Below, in pieces: positions 1-9,910 of a stretch of 64,000 nt of DNA. The position numbers and the translations under genes were made by a program. Position 1 is the stretch's first letter. The number at the start of each line of letters is the position of its first letter. The notes beneath the pieces were generated by a model. It was not told the origin of the DNA, did no database searches, and saw only the letters and a program-made list of their open reading frames with translations. Source of the stretch: Myxococcota bacterium (GTDB lineage Bacteria > Myxococcota_A > Polyangia > Nannocystales > Nannocystaceae); the NCBI GenBank assembly GCA_039028615.1, contig JBCCHT010000031.1, positions 32,001-96,000 on the forward strand. Direction: 5' to 3'.

Positions 1-828
<828 letters not shown>

Positions 829-1044
829 GCTCGGCGGCCGAAAACGCGTGATGGCCGCTGTCGGTGGGACCCTTGCGCCGACTTCGGCGCCGCGGTTTTC
901 ACGCGAATTAGATCGAACGTGAGGCAAGGGCGGCCACGCAATTCCCTCACTTTTTGGGCGCAACCGAGCCGTCGTGAAATGCTGAGCCGTACCTCCGGGG
1001 GCAGGGCCGTACTCCGCCCGCTTCTTGACCGCTTTGCCTAACAA

Positions 1045-1057
1045 ACTCAATGACTTG
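1045..1057 (+). promoter_or_regulatory. Possible IHF binding site
   Basis: ACTCAATGACTTG versus the consensus WATCAANNNNTTR (one mismatch), in the AT-richer region upstream of the pilM operon. Confidence 0.35.
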
Positions 1058-1172
1058 CCCCTTTACCGGGCCTCGGGCCGCCCCGCGGGTGCGCGATTCA
1101 GATCACTACAATGACCTATCAATTCCCTATCACTGTCATTCACTTACATATCTCTGACGCGCAATCGTCGCG

Positions 1173-1201
1173 TTGACGGACTACGAATCGGCGTCGACAA
1201 T
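1173..1201 (+). promoter_or_regulatory. Putative sigma-70-type promoter for the HTH-pilMNOPQ operon
   Basis: TTGACG (1173-1178), a 17-bp spacer, then GACAAT (1196-1201), 17 nt before ATG 1219. Confidence 0.5.
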
Positions 1202-1218
1202 GTACGTGCTTCCAACGC

Positions 1219-1638
1219 ATGGACCCGGAAACCAACCACGGAGGCGAAGCCTCGACCAGTGGCGACGACACGTCTGCAATCGCAGCCGTGCCCGTCGAGC
1301 CGACGCCGCGCGACGAATCCTCTCCTGCGGAGGTTTCGCCAGCAGCTGCCGTGGAGGCGCCGCAGCCCGTCGTGGCCGCACCAGCCCCGGCCAAGAAGAA
1401 GAAGTCACGTACGCGGCCGAAGGCGGGGACGCATCCCAACAACGTCCGCAAGCTTCGCCAAGGCGCGATGATGAGCAAGGCCGAGCTTTCGCGGCGGGCG
1501 GGGGTCAGTCCCCTGACCATCGATCGCGTCGAAGCCGGGTGCCCGTGTCGTATGGACACGAAGCGCAAGATTCTCGAGGCACTCGGCTTGGAGCCTTCGG
1601 CGGCCAAGCAAGTGTTCCCCGATCTCGAAACTCCCTAG
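1219..1638 (+). CDS. XRE/Cro-like helix-turn-helix protein with a disordered N-terminus
   Basis: NNVRKLRQGAMMSKAELSRRAGVSPLTIDRVEAG is an HTH_3-type motif; coding-like codon usage. Confidence 0.8.
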   Translation: MDPETNHGGEASTSGDDTSAIAAVPVEPTPRDESSPAEVSPAAAVEAPQPVVAAPAPAKKKKSRTRPKAGTHPNNVRKLRQGAMMSKAELSRRAGVSPLTIDRVEAGCPCRMDTKRKILEALGLEPSAAKQVFPDLETP

Positions 1639-1719
1639 GCGCGCGCGGTCGTCTCGCATCGTCGGTCGGCGCGCCTGCACATCCGTGGTCCCCAGGACCC
1701 GGGAGGGCGGCGTAACGCC

Positions 1720-2784
1720 ATGGCCAAGCAGTGCATCGGCCTGGACATTGGGTCGAGCGCGATCAAGCTCGTGCAGCTCAAGATCGGGCGGCGCGGCATC
1801 TCGCTCCTGAACTTCGGCATCGAACCGGTACCCCCGCAGTCGATTGTCGACGGCGCCGTGATGAACCACAGCGCGGTCGTCGACGCGATTCGGAACCTGA
1901 CCCGGCGGATTCACCTTCGCGGCAAGGGCATGGCGCTGGCGATCTCCGGTAACGCGGTGATCATCAAGCGCCTCACCATCCCCGCGATGGACGGCCCCTC
2001 GCTCGAAGAGCAGATGGAATGGGAGGTTCGGCAGAACATCCCGTTTTCTCGCGAGGATGTCGTGGTCGACTACGAGGTCCTGGTGCAGCAGACCCCGCAG
2101 GGCCAGATGGAGGTCCTGCTCGTGGCTGCCAAGCGAGACCTGGTCGGCCAGTACAACCAGGTCGTCCGCGATGCGGGTTTTTCACCCACCGTGGTCGACA
2201 CCGCGGCCTTCGCTCTGCAGAACGCAGTCGAGGGCGGCATCGGCTACGCCCCGGGCGAGACGGTGGCCATCATCAACGTGGGGGCGTCGTACTCCACGCT
2301 CAGCATCGTCACCAACGGGATGCCTTCGTTCACCCGCGACATCGCGGCCGGGGGCAATACCTACACGCAGGCGATCCAGCAGCGCTTGGCGGTGAGCACC
2401 GACGGGGCCGAGGCCTATAAGGTCGGCGGCGCGACGGCTGCGGCCGGGGCTGCGGCCGACGTGGTGCCGCAAGAGGTCCACCGCATCCTGGCCCAGGTCT
2501 CCGAGCAGGTGGCCGAGCAGGTCCAGCGCTCGCTCGACTTCTACATCAACGATGCGGTCGACACGCAGCTGTCTCGCATCTACCTGGCCGGAGGATCGTC
2601 GCTGGTGCCCCAGCTGCCCAAGGCGATCCAGGATCGCTCGCGGATCCCGGTCGAGATTCTCGATCCCTTTGCCCGCGCTCAAGTCGACGGTCGTCGCTTC
2701 GACGTCGAGTACCTGCGGGCGAACGCGCCAGTGGCCGCCATCGCATTTGGTCTGGCCCTGCGCCGCCCAGGAGATTCGGCATGA
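1720..2784 (+). CDS. pilM: Type IV pilus assembly protein PilM (actin/FtsA-like)
   Basis: IGLDIGSSAIKLV N-terminus, EVLLVAAKRD and IYLAGGSS; first gene of the overlapping MNOPQ run. Confidence 0.95.
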   Translation: MAKQCIGLDIGSSAIKLVQLKIGRRGISLLNFGIEPVPPQSIVDGAVMNHSAVVDAIRNLTRRIHLRGKGMALAISGNAVIIKRLTIPAMDGPSLEEQMEWEVRQNIPFSREDVVVDYEVLVQQTPQGQMEVLLVAAKRDLVGQYNQVVRDAGFSPTVVDTAAFALQNAVEGGIGYAPGETVAIINVGASYSTLSIVTNGMPSFTRDIAAGGNTYTQAIQQRLAVSTDGAEAYKVGGATAAAGAAADVVPQEVHRILAQVSEQVAEQVQRSLDFYINDAVDTQLSRIYLAGGSSLVPQLPKAIQDRSRIPVEILDPFARAQVDGRRFDVEYLRANAPVAAIAFGLALRRPGDSA

Positions 2785-3470
2785 TTCGCATCAACCTGCT
2801 GCCCACCAAGAAGAAGGCCGCGCGCGGCGGTGCTCGTCGTGCCAGCGGCGGGGAGGGCAGCGCCAACGCCGGTCAGCTGTGGGTGTTCGGCTGGCTCATC
2901 GGCTGGCTCCTGATCGGTGGCGCCGGCTACTGGTTGCTGACCATGGAAGAAGACGCGGCCGCCGCGATGCGCGAGCAGGCCGCGGCCAAGAACCACGCCG
3001 CCGAGAAGATCAAAAACGACATCGACGAAGAGGGCCTCGAGGCGAGCAAGAAGGAGCTCGAGATGCAGCAGGCCATCCGGGCGAAGGTCGCGACCAAGCG
3101 CCGCACGCCGGTCTACGTGATGTACGAGCTGGCGTCGATCCTCACCGACGACAAGGACGGGGGCGGTGCCGACGAGGACAAGGAGAAGCTTCGTCAGCTC
3201 GAGAAGTCCGACCCGCGCGCCCGGCCCAACCCGCTCTGGGACCCCACGGGCCTGTGGCTGACCAAGGTCGAGGAAGAAGGCGGCTCCCTGGTCATCGAGG
3301 GCGGAGCCCGCGACGCGACCGACCTGTCGGAGTTCACCCGTCGCCTGCGGGTCAGTGCCCGCTTCGGCAAGGTCTCCCACCCCAACTTCGAGCGGGTCGG
3401 AACCCGGAGCGACGAAGACGAGCAACACCTCACCTGGGCGCTCAACGTAGCCGTGCGGCGGTGGGATTGA
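2781..3470 (+). CDS. pilN: Type IV pilus assembly protein PilN
   Basis: MIRINLLP PilM-binding motif, one TM helix and a coiled coil; ATGA overlap with pilM. Confidence 0.92.
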   Translation: MIRINLLPTKKKAARGGARRASGGEGSANAGQLWVFGWLIGWLLIGGAGYWLLTMEEDAAAAMREQAAAKNHAAEKIKNDIDEEGLEASKKELEMQQAIRAKVATKRRTPVYVMYELASILTDDKDGGGADEDKEKLRQLEKSDPRARPNPLWDPTGLWLTKVEEEGGSLVIEGGARDATDLSEFTRRLRVSARFGKVSHPNFERVGTRSDEDEQHLTWALNVAVRRWD

Positions 3471-3479
3471 GAGGCGAGT

Positions 3480-4136
3480 ATGGCGTCAGCGTTCGATAGC
3501 ATCGAAAAGATGCCCGTGTGGCAGAGGCTGGTCGTATGGCTCCTCTTTGCCGTCGTCATCGCGGCCGTCTGGTACTACATCTTCTATCTCGACGCGGTGA
3601 CGGCTCGAGAAGGGGCCGAGCAGAGCCTCGCCAAGGCCAAGACCGAGCTGGTCCGGCTCGAGGAGAAGAAGGCCAACCACCTCGAGGAGCTGCGCAAGCA
3701 CGAGGAGCGCAAGGCCGCTCTCAAGGCCGAGCGCACGGAGCTGTCCACCAGCTCCGCCACGGTGGAGAACCTCATGCAGACCTTCCAGCAGAAGGCCCGC
3801 CAGGTGGGGCTTTCCTTCGACAGCTGGAAGAACGAGGGCGAGCAGCGCCAGGACGTCTACGCCCGCCTGCCCGTGCTGGTCACCGCGCGCGGTACCTGGG
3901 CCCAGACCGGCGAGTTCTTCCGGCAGCTGTCCGAGCTCAAGCAGACGGTCAGCATCGAGAACATCCGGCTGAACGTGAAGGCCAACCGCAGCGAGGCCGA
4001 GCAGGTCGAGAACCCCGTGCTGGATCTGGAGTTCGAGGCGGCGACCTACCGCGCGCTGACCGAACAAGAACGTAGTGCGCCGAGCAACGGCCGGGCCAAG
4101 CCGTCGCGCCGTAAGGGAGCGAAGAAGAGAAAATGA
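3480..4136 (+). CDS. pilO: Type IV pilus assembly protein PilO
   Basis: N-terminal TM, coiled coil and YARLPV...GTWAQTGEFF...VSIENI PilO pattern; synteny. Confidence 0.9.
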   Translation: MASAFDSIEKMPVWQRLVVWLLFAVVIAAVWYYIFYLDAVTAREGAEQSLAKAKTELVRLEEKKANHLEELRKHEERKAALKAERTELSTSSATVENLMQTFQQKARQVGLSFDSWKNEGEQRQDVYARLPVLVTARGTWAQTGEFFRQLSELKQTVSIENIRLNVKANRSEAEQVENPVLDLEFEAATYRALTEQERSAPSNGRAKPSRRKGAKKRK

Positions 4137-4759
4137 GCACTTCGCACTCGAATTCCCGCCCCCGATGGCTGGGCCTCGGCGTCTCGGTGCTGGCGTTGGC
4201 GTTGTCCGGGCCCGCCTGTGGCGACGACGAGCTGCCCGCGACCGCCCAGCGCGGAGCTCCGGGCGGCGGCAAGAAAAAGGGCAAGAAGAAGGCCGGCAGC
4301 CGCCGCACCGGGAAGGGTGCTGCCGCCGGCGACGGGCTGCTCGACGAAGAAGTCGAGGACCCCGGGGTCAAGCGGCCTCCGCCGCTGCTCGACGCGACGT
4401 CGTTCGCGAAGTTTCGCGACCCCTTCCAGGGCTTCGTGGCGGCCGAGCCCGTCGAGCCCGAGCCCGATCCGATCCGAGCCGAGCGCGAGGTCGAGATGCG
4501 TCAGTACTCGTTCGAGGACTTGAAGCTGATCGGGATCACCAGCACTCGGCGATCCGGGGCGAGCCCCCGGGCGCTGTTCGTGGCCAATGACGGGATCAGC
4601 GGGTCCATCAGACAAGGCCAATTCTTCTCGAGCGCCGAAGTTTTGCTTGTGGCGGTCAATCGGGATTATGTCGAGATCGAGGTCGTCGACGAAGAGCTCT
4701 CGGCCAGCCTCGGCATGGAACGTGGCGAGCGCCGCGCGCTGTACCTGCGGAACGACTAA
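4133..4759 (+). CDS. pilP: Type IV pilus assembly lipoprotein PilP
   Basis: Lipoprotein signal (LALSGPAC), RDPF motif, LKLIGI...ALF; lies between pilO and pilQ. Confidence 0.88.
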   Translation: MSTSHSNSRPRWLGLGVSVLALALSGPACGDDELPATAQRGAPGGGKKKGKKKAGSRRTGKGAAAGDGLLDEEVEDPGVKRPPPLLDATSFAKFRDPFQGFVAAEPVEPEPDPIRAEREVEMRQYSFEDLKLIGITSTRRSGASPRALFVANDGISGSIRQGQFFSSAEVLLVAVNRDYVEIEVVDEELSASLGMERGERRALYLRND

Positions 4760-4795
4760 GCCGCACTCAATTTCACCCAGGGATTTTCCGTAGCG

Positions 4796-7700
4796 ATGAG
4801 CCACACCATGTCGACGCCCCACTCGATCCTGCAATGCTTGGCGGCGCCTCTGGCTCTGGTGGTGCTCACCCAGGCGCCCACCGAGGCCAACGCGACCGCG
4901 CTGCCGGGCGGCACCCTGCTGCCGCTACTGGCGGCCAGTCCTCCCACCAAGGCCGCGGAGACCAACCGCATCGATGGCCTGAGCGTCGAGGAACTCGACG
5001 ACGGCACCACCGTGCTGCGCGTCACGGGCAGCCGCAAGCCGACCTTCAACGTCTATCGACTCTCCTCGCCCGAGCGCCTCGTGGTGGACATCGCGGGGAG
5101 CGAGCCGGGCAAGGTGGTGCCCCACGTGCCCCTGGATACCTGGGCCTGCGGTCGGGTGACCGTGGACGGGGTTTCCGAGCGCGATGCCTCTTTGGTTCGC
5201 CTGGTCGTCGAGCTCAAGCGGGACGCCAGCTACATCGTGCTGCCCAAGGGCGACGAGCTGGTCATCACCGTGACCCCGCGCCAGGTGGCCCCCGAGGCGT
5301 ACTTCGCCCGCAAGAGCGCCAACGAGCGCCGGGCGGACATCGAGAAGAGCAACCGCGATGCCAAGGCCCTGCAGGCCGAAGCGCGGGCGCTGAGCTCCCA
5401 CGCGCACAAGCAGGCGAAGGTCGCCGATCGCAAGGTGGCCGAGGCCGAGAGCCGGGCCGATGCGGCGCGGCAGGCCGAGGTGCGAGCCAAGGCGGCCGAG
5501 CGCCGAGCGACCGATCTCGAGGGGCTGGCACGCAAGACCCTGGCTGACGCCAAGTCGCGCAAGGTGAAGCTGCGTCGCGAGCTGCGTCAGGCCGAGGACG
5601 CGCGATCCAAGGCCGAAGAGGCCCGGGCCGCGGCCGAGTCCCAGCGCCGTGCGGCCGAGTCCGCCCTGGTACTCGCGCGTCGTGATCTCGAGGCCGAGCG
5701 TAGCGAGCTGAAGGCTGCACGTGGCGAGGTCGAGGCCGCCCGGGGTGAGGTCGAGGCCGAGCTGGCGAAGGCGCGAACCAAGACCGAGCGGGCCGAGCAG
5801 AACGCGGCCAAGCTCGTGGAGCAGGCCAAGGTCGAGCTGGCGCAGGCACGAAGCTCCGCCGAGGCGGCCAACCGCAAGGCCAAGGCCGAGCTGGCGAAGG
5901 CCGAAAAGGACGCCGCCCGGGCAGCGAAGGCGGCTCGGCGCGCCGACGCGGCGGCCAAGCAGAAGCTCGATGAAGCCGCGGCCAAGGCAGACAGGCAGCT
6001 GCAGCGGGCGCGGGCCGACGTGGCGAAGTCCGAAGCGGCGGTGGCCAGCAAGCTCGCCGCCGCCCAGAAGGCCGAGAAGCGGGCCGAACTCCTGTTGATG
6101 GAGGCGCGGGCCAAGGCGACCCACGAGGCCGAGCGCACGATGGCGCACGCCCGGAAGGAAGCCGAGCGCGAGGCCAAGAAGAAGCTCGCCGCAGCCGAGA
6201 AGGCCGAGGCCGATGCCCGGCGCAAGGCGGCGGCTCTGCTCGCCAGCGCCGAAGCCGAGGCCCAGGCGAAGATCGACGCCGCGACCAAGGCCGCGCGTCG
6301 CAAGGCACAAAAGCGCCTGGCGCAGGCCGAGGCGGAGGCCGAGCGACGCCTGGCCGAAGCCAAGAAGAAGGCGCAGACCCACGCGGTGGCCAAGGCCGAG
6401 CGCGAGCTCGGTGAGCTGCGCAAGAAGGCGGAAGGCGAGGTCGCCCGCGAAGTGGCCCGCGCCAAGACCAAGGCCGAGCGCGAGGCGAGTTCCGATCTCG
6501 CGCAGGCGCGCGTGCGGGCCGAGAAGGTCGAAGCGCGGGCGCAGGCCAAGCTCACCGCCGCCGAAGCCACGCTGGCCAAGGCCGAGGCGGATGCCAGCGC
6601 CAAGAAAAAGAGCGCGGCCGCTCTCGAAGGCCGAGCCCGGGATGCCCTGGCGCGAGCCGAGCGAGCGCTGTCCCAGGCCAAGTCCGAGCGCGATGCCGCA
6701 GCCGCGGCTCGTCGCGAAGCCGACGCCCGACTCGCGGCCACGGAACGCCGCGTGCGAAAGGCCAAGCGTCGGGGCAAGGCCAGCGCCGAGCTCGAGCGCT
6801 CGCTGGCGGCGGCCAAGAAGGCCTCCGCGCAGGCGCAGGGCCGGCTGACGTCGGTCCAGCGGGACATCAAGAAACTCAGCGGTGACCGCGATGCGCTCGA
6901 GCGCACGCTGGCCCACCAGCGCAAGGCCAGCAAGGCCCTCGCGAGCAAGATCGAGGCTCGCAGCCAAGAACTCGAGCGCCTCGAGCACAAAGTCGCCAAG
7001 GCCCGCAAGGCGGGGCAGGGCGGTCAGGATCGCCTTCGTCGCGAGCAGAAGGCACTGGCCAGCGAGGGCGCCTCGCTGCGCAAGCGCAACGCTGCGGCCA
7101 AGGCCGAGCTCGATCGAGCCGAGGCCGAGCTGGTCGCCCTCCGCAAGTCGATCACGCGGGAGCAGAACAAGCTCAGCGACGCCGAGCAGGCGGTCGAGCA
7201 AGCGCAGGAGAAGCTCGAGTCTCGCGTGGCCAAGCGCGAAGCCTCGGCGGGCGCGGCTGCGCCGGCCAAGGTCGCCCCGAAGGCGTCCAATCCCCCGCCG
7301 GGCGACGGCGCGTTCATCCGCGACGTTCGCTTCGAGGACGACGGCACCGAGTCGCGCGTCATCGTCGAGCTCGAGGGCCCCGTGCGCTTCCAGGGCAAGA
7401 CGCTCACGCCCGACATCCAGCTGCTGGCCCTCGAAGGCGCCCGCATCGACTCTCGGCTCGAGCGCAGCCTCGACGCCCGGGCCTACGGCGGTCCGGTGCA
7501 GCGCATCACGTCGTTCTCCGAGGACGGCGGAGCCAAGGTCATCGTCGCCACCGCGGGGAATACCAAGCCTCGCATCGAGCAGGGCGATGGCGTGCTCGTG
7601 TGGCACTTCCCCCACGGGCGTGAGGCAGCCCGGCCACCCGCCCACGAGGTGGCGAGCCTGCCCGGCACCAAGGTCGGGGGTTACGCCGCGGCCGTGCCTC

Positions 7701-9106
7701 CGGTCGCCGCGGCTCGTACCGCCGCCATGGCTCCCGCGAGCTCCTCGAGCACCCTCGGCCAGTCGCGCTCCGGCAGCAGCTCTTCGGCCCCGGTCCGAGG
7801 CACGCGCTGGCGAGGCGAACGCATCGACATCGAGCTCCAGGACGCGCCGATCAAGGACGTCTTGCTGCTGTTCTCCGACATCGGCCGCGTGAACATCATC
7901 GCGGGCACGGGCGTCGAGGGCAGCGTCACCATGAAGCTGACCGCGGTCCCCTGGGACCAGGCGCTCGACATCATCCTGCGCTCGCTGAACCTGGGCATGG
8001 TGCGCGAGGGCAACGTCATCCGCGTGGCGACCTCCGAGGCGCTCGAGACCGAGCGGCGCGAGGCCATCGAGCGGGCCAACGCTCGGGTCCAGCTCAAGCC
8101 GCTCCAGACCCGCTTGGTGTCGGTGTCCTACGCCACCGCCGACGAGATGGTGCCCAAGGTGCAGAGCGTGCTCTCGCCGCGTGGCTCGGTGACCCCCGAC
8201 GCGCGGACGAACAAGCTCATCATCATGGACGTGGCCGAGAACATCGCGCTCGCCGAGCAGCTGGTCTCGAGCCTCGACACCCAGACGCCGCAGATCCTCA
8301 TCGAGGCGCGGATCGTCGAGGCGCGGACCAACTTCCAGCGTCAGCTCGGCATCCAGTGGGGCTTCGACTTCACCGCGAGCCCGGGCACGGGTAACCCCAC
8401 CGGTCTGCTGTTCCCGAACTCGGCCGGCATCGGTGGTGGTGCGACGGGTACTCCCGTCGACTCGCGTGGTCTGGTGCTCCCGGCCGCCGCCGCGAACCCG
8501 AACTACGTGGTCGACCTGCCCGCGCCGGTCGGTACCGGGGCTGGTGGTGCGCTGGGCTTCTCGTTCGGCAGCATCAGCGGCAACCTCAATACCAACCTCC
8601 GCCTGTCGCAGGCCGAGGAGACTGGTGAGGTCCGCATCATCAGCTCGCCCAAGATCGTCGCCCTCGACAACATCGAGGCGCAGATCGAAGACGGCGTCCA
8701 GATCCCGATCTCTCAGGTCAGCGCGCAGGGCGTCAACACTCGGTTCGTCAATGCGTCGCTGTCCCTCCGCGTCACGCCGCACGTGACCAACGAGGGCGCG
8801 GTGCTGCTCGATGTCCAGGTGCAGAAGAACGAGGCGGACTTCGTCAACACGGGTGCTCGGGGCGACCCCACCATCTTGACCAAGCAGGCGCAGACGCGAA
8901 TGCTGGTCAACGACAGCGACACCGCGGTGATCGGCGGCATCTACTCTCGGAACAAGGCCGTCAACTTCACCAAGGTTCCCTGGCTCGCCGACATCCCGCT
9001 CATCGGCTGGTTCTTCAAGAACAAGAACGAAGCGGACACGCGGTCCGAGGTTCTCATCTTCCTCACTCCGAAGATCGTCAACCGCGCCAGCTCCATCGGC
9101 GGCTGA
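4796..9106 (+). CDS. pilQ: Type IV pilus secretin PilQ with two AMIN domains and a very long coiled-coil insertion
   Basis: AMIN-like segments (YRLSSPERLVVDI; IRDVRFEDDG.ESRVIVEL), N0 domain (IDIELQDAPIKDVL, VPWDQALDIIL) and secretin core (QILIEARIVEA, VPWLADIPLIGWFFK, LIFLTPKIV). Confidence 0.95.
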   Translation: MSHTMSTPHSILQCLAAPLALVVLTQAPTEANATALPGGTLLPLLAASPPTKAAETNRIDGLSVEELDDGTTVLRVTGSRKPTFNVYRLSSPERLVVDIAGSEPGKVVPHVPLDTWACGRVTVDGVSERDASLVRLVVELKRDASYIVLPKGDELVITVTPRQVAPEAYFARKSANERRADIEKSNRDAKALQAEARALSSHAHKQAKVADRKVAEAESRADAARQAEVRAKAAERRATDLEGLARKTLADAKSRKVKLRRELRQAEDARSKAEEARAAAESQRRAAESALVLARRDLEAERSELKAARGEVEAARGEVEAELAKARTKTERAEQNAAKLVEQAKVELAQARSSAEAANRKAKAELAKAEKDAARAAKAARRADAAAKQKLDEAAAKADRQLQRARADVAKSEAAVASKLAAAQKAEKRAELLLMEARAKATHEAERTMAHARKEAEREAKKKLAAAEKAEADARRKAAALLASAEAEAQAKIDAATKAARRKAQKRLAQAEAEAERRLAEAKKKAQTHAVAKAERELGELRKKAEGEVAREVARAKTKAEREASSDLAQARVRAEKVEARAQAKLTAAEATLAKAEADASAKKKSAAALEGRARDALARAERALSQAKSERDAAAAARREADARLAATERRVRKAKRRGKASAELERSLAAAKKASAQAQGRLTSVQRDIKKLSGDRDALERTLAHQRKASKALASKIEARSQELERLEHKVAKARKAGQGGQDRLRREQKALASEGASLRKRNAAAKAELDRAEAELVALRKSITREQNKLSDAEQAVEQAQEKLESRVAKREASAGAAAPAKVAPKASNPPPGDGAFIRDVRFEDDGTESRVIVELEGPVRFQGKTLTPDIQLLALEGARIDSRLERSLDARAYGGPVQRITSFSEDGGAKVIVATAGNTKPRIEQGDGVLVWHFPHGREAARPPAHEVASLPGTKVGGYAAAVPPVAAARTAAMAPASSSSTLGQSRSGSSSSAPVRGTRWRGERIDIELQDAPIKDVLLLFSDIGRVNIIAGTGVEGSVTMKLTAVPWDQALDIILRSLNLGMVREGNVIRVATSEALETERREAIERANARVQLKPLQTRLVSVSYATADEMVPKVQSVLSPRGSVTPDARTNKLIIMDVAENIALAEQLVSSLDTQTPQILIEARIVEARTNFQRQLGIQWGFDFTASPGTGNPTGLLFPNSAGIGGGATGTPVDSRGLVLPAAAANPNYVVDLPAPVGTGAGGALGFSFGSISGNLNTNLRLSQAEETGEVRIISSPKIVALDNIEAQIEDGVQIPISQVSAQGVNTRFVNASLSLRVTPHVTNEGAVLLDVQVQKNEADFVNTGARGDPTILTKQAQTRMLVNDSDTAVIGGIYSRNKAVNFTKVPWLADIPLIGWFFKNKNEADTRSEVLIFLTPKIVNRASSIGG

Positions 9107-9322
9107 TCGAACCAAGCCGCCTCCGCCCGCGCCCCGAGTCGCCTCCCATTTGCAAGTGGGGTCGCGGTCCTCGGGGCGTTTGCACGTCGGGCGGTCGTTT
9201 GCAATCACCGCCCGAGACCGCGTCGTAGCCGCGGAATCGCCGGGGGGCGCCTTGCAAGAACGGTCCCAAGTCGTTGGGGTTCATGCCGTGCGGGTGAGTT
9301 CGTTCCCCTTGCTCGCGACGCC

Positions 9323-9910
9323 ATGTCGGCGCAGGCTTGGGGGGTGCAGCGGCCGCTGTTTTTGACGGGCATGATGGGCTGCGGCAAGACGACCGTCGGC
9401 CGCGTGCTCGCCCATGACCATGAGCGCACCGTCGTCGACCTCGACGAGCGGATCGAGCGGCTCTTTGGTCGTACCGTCGCCGAGCTGTTCGGGGCCGGCG
9501 AAGCGAGCTTTCGCGAGCACGAACACCAAGCGTTGCGCTCGCTGCTGGCCGAGCCGGGCTTCGGCGGCCAGGGCACGGTGGTCACCTGCGGGGGCGGAAC
9601 CGTACTCGACCGTCGCAACCGCGACGCGATGGACGCCGTGGGCACTCGGGTGTACCTCGAGGTCGGGGTCGACGAACTCGTGCGACGCCTGCTGCCCACC
9701 GTCGAGGCCGACCCCGACGCCAGACCTTTATTGAAAGGTGAGCCGGCTCGGGTACGCGCCCGCCTCGGAGACTTGCTCGCGGCTCGTCGTTCGCTCTATC
9801 GAGCGGGCTCCATCGTGGTCGATGCCGAGGCCGATCCCGTGTCCGTGGCGGAACGCATCGTGGCGGCGCTGGACGGCGTCGCCCAGCTCCGAGACAGCGA
9901 GGCCGTATGA
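9323..9910 (+). CDS. aroK: Shikimate kinase
   Basis: LTGMMGCGKTTVG P-loop, DLDERIE, GEASFREHE, CGGG and RPLL; conserved pilQ-aroK-aroB order. Confidence 0.92.
   Translation: MSAQAWGVQRPLFLTGMMGCGKTTVGRVLAHDHERTVVDLDERIERLFGRTVAELFGAGEASFREHEHQALRSLLAEPGFGGQGTVVTCGGGTVLDRRNRDAMDAVGTRVYLEVGVDELVRRLLPTVEADPDARPLLKGEPARVRARLGDLLAARRSLYRAGSIVVDAEADPVSVAERIVAALDGVAQLRDSEAV

Noticed and set aside
1124..1135. TCCCTATCACTG resembling a tetO half-site
   Set aside because: The second half of the palindrome is absent and there are no tet genes; likely coincidence.
4925..9208. 1,427-aa minus-strand ORF antisense to pilQ
   Set aside because: Shadow ORF from high GC3 codon bias; no motifs; fully overlaps a clear gene.
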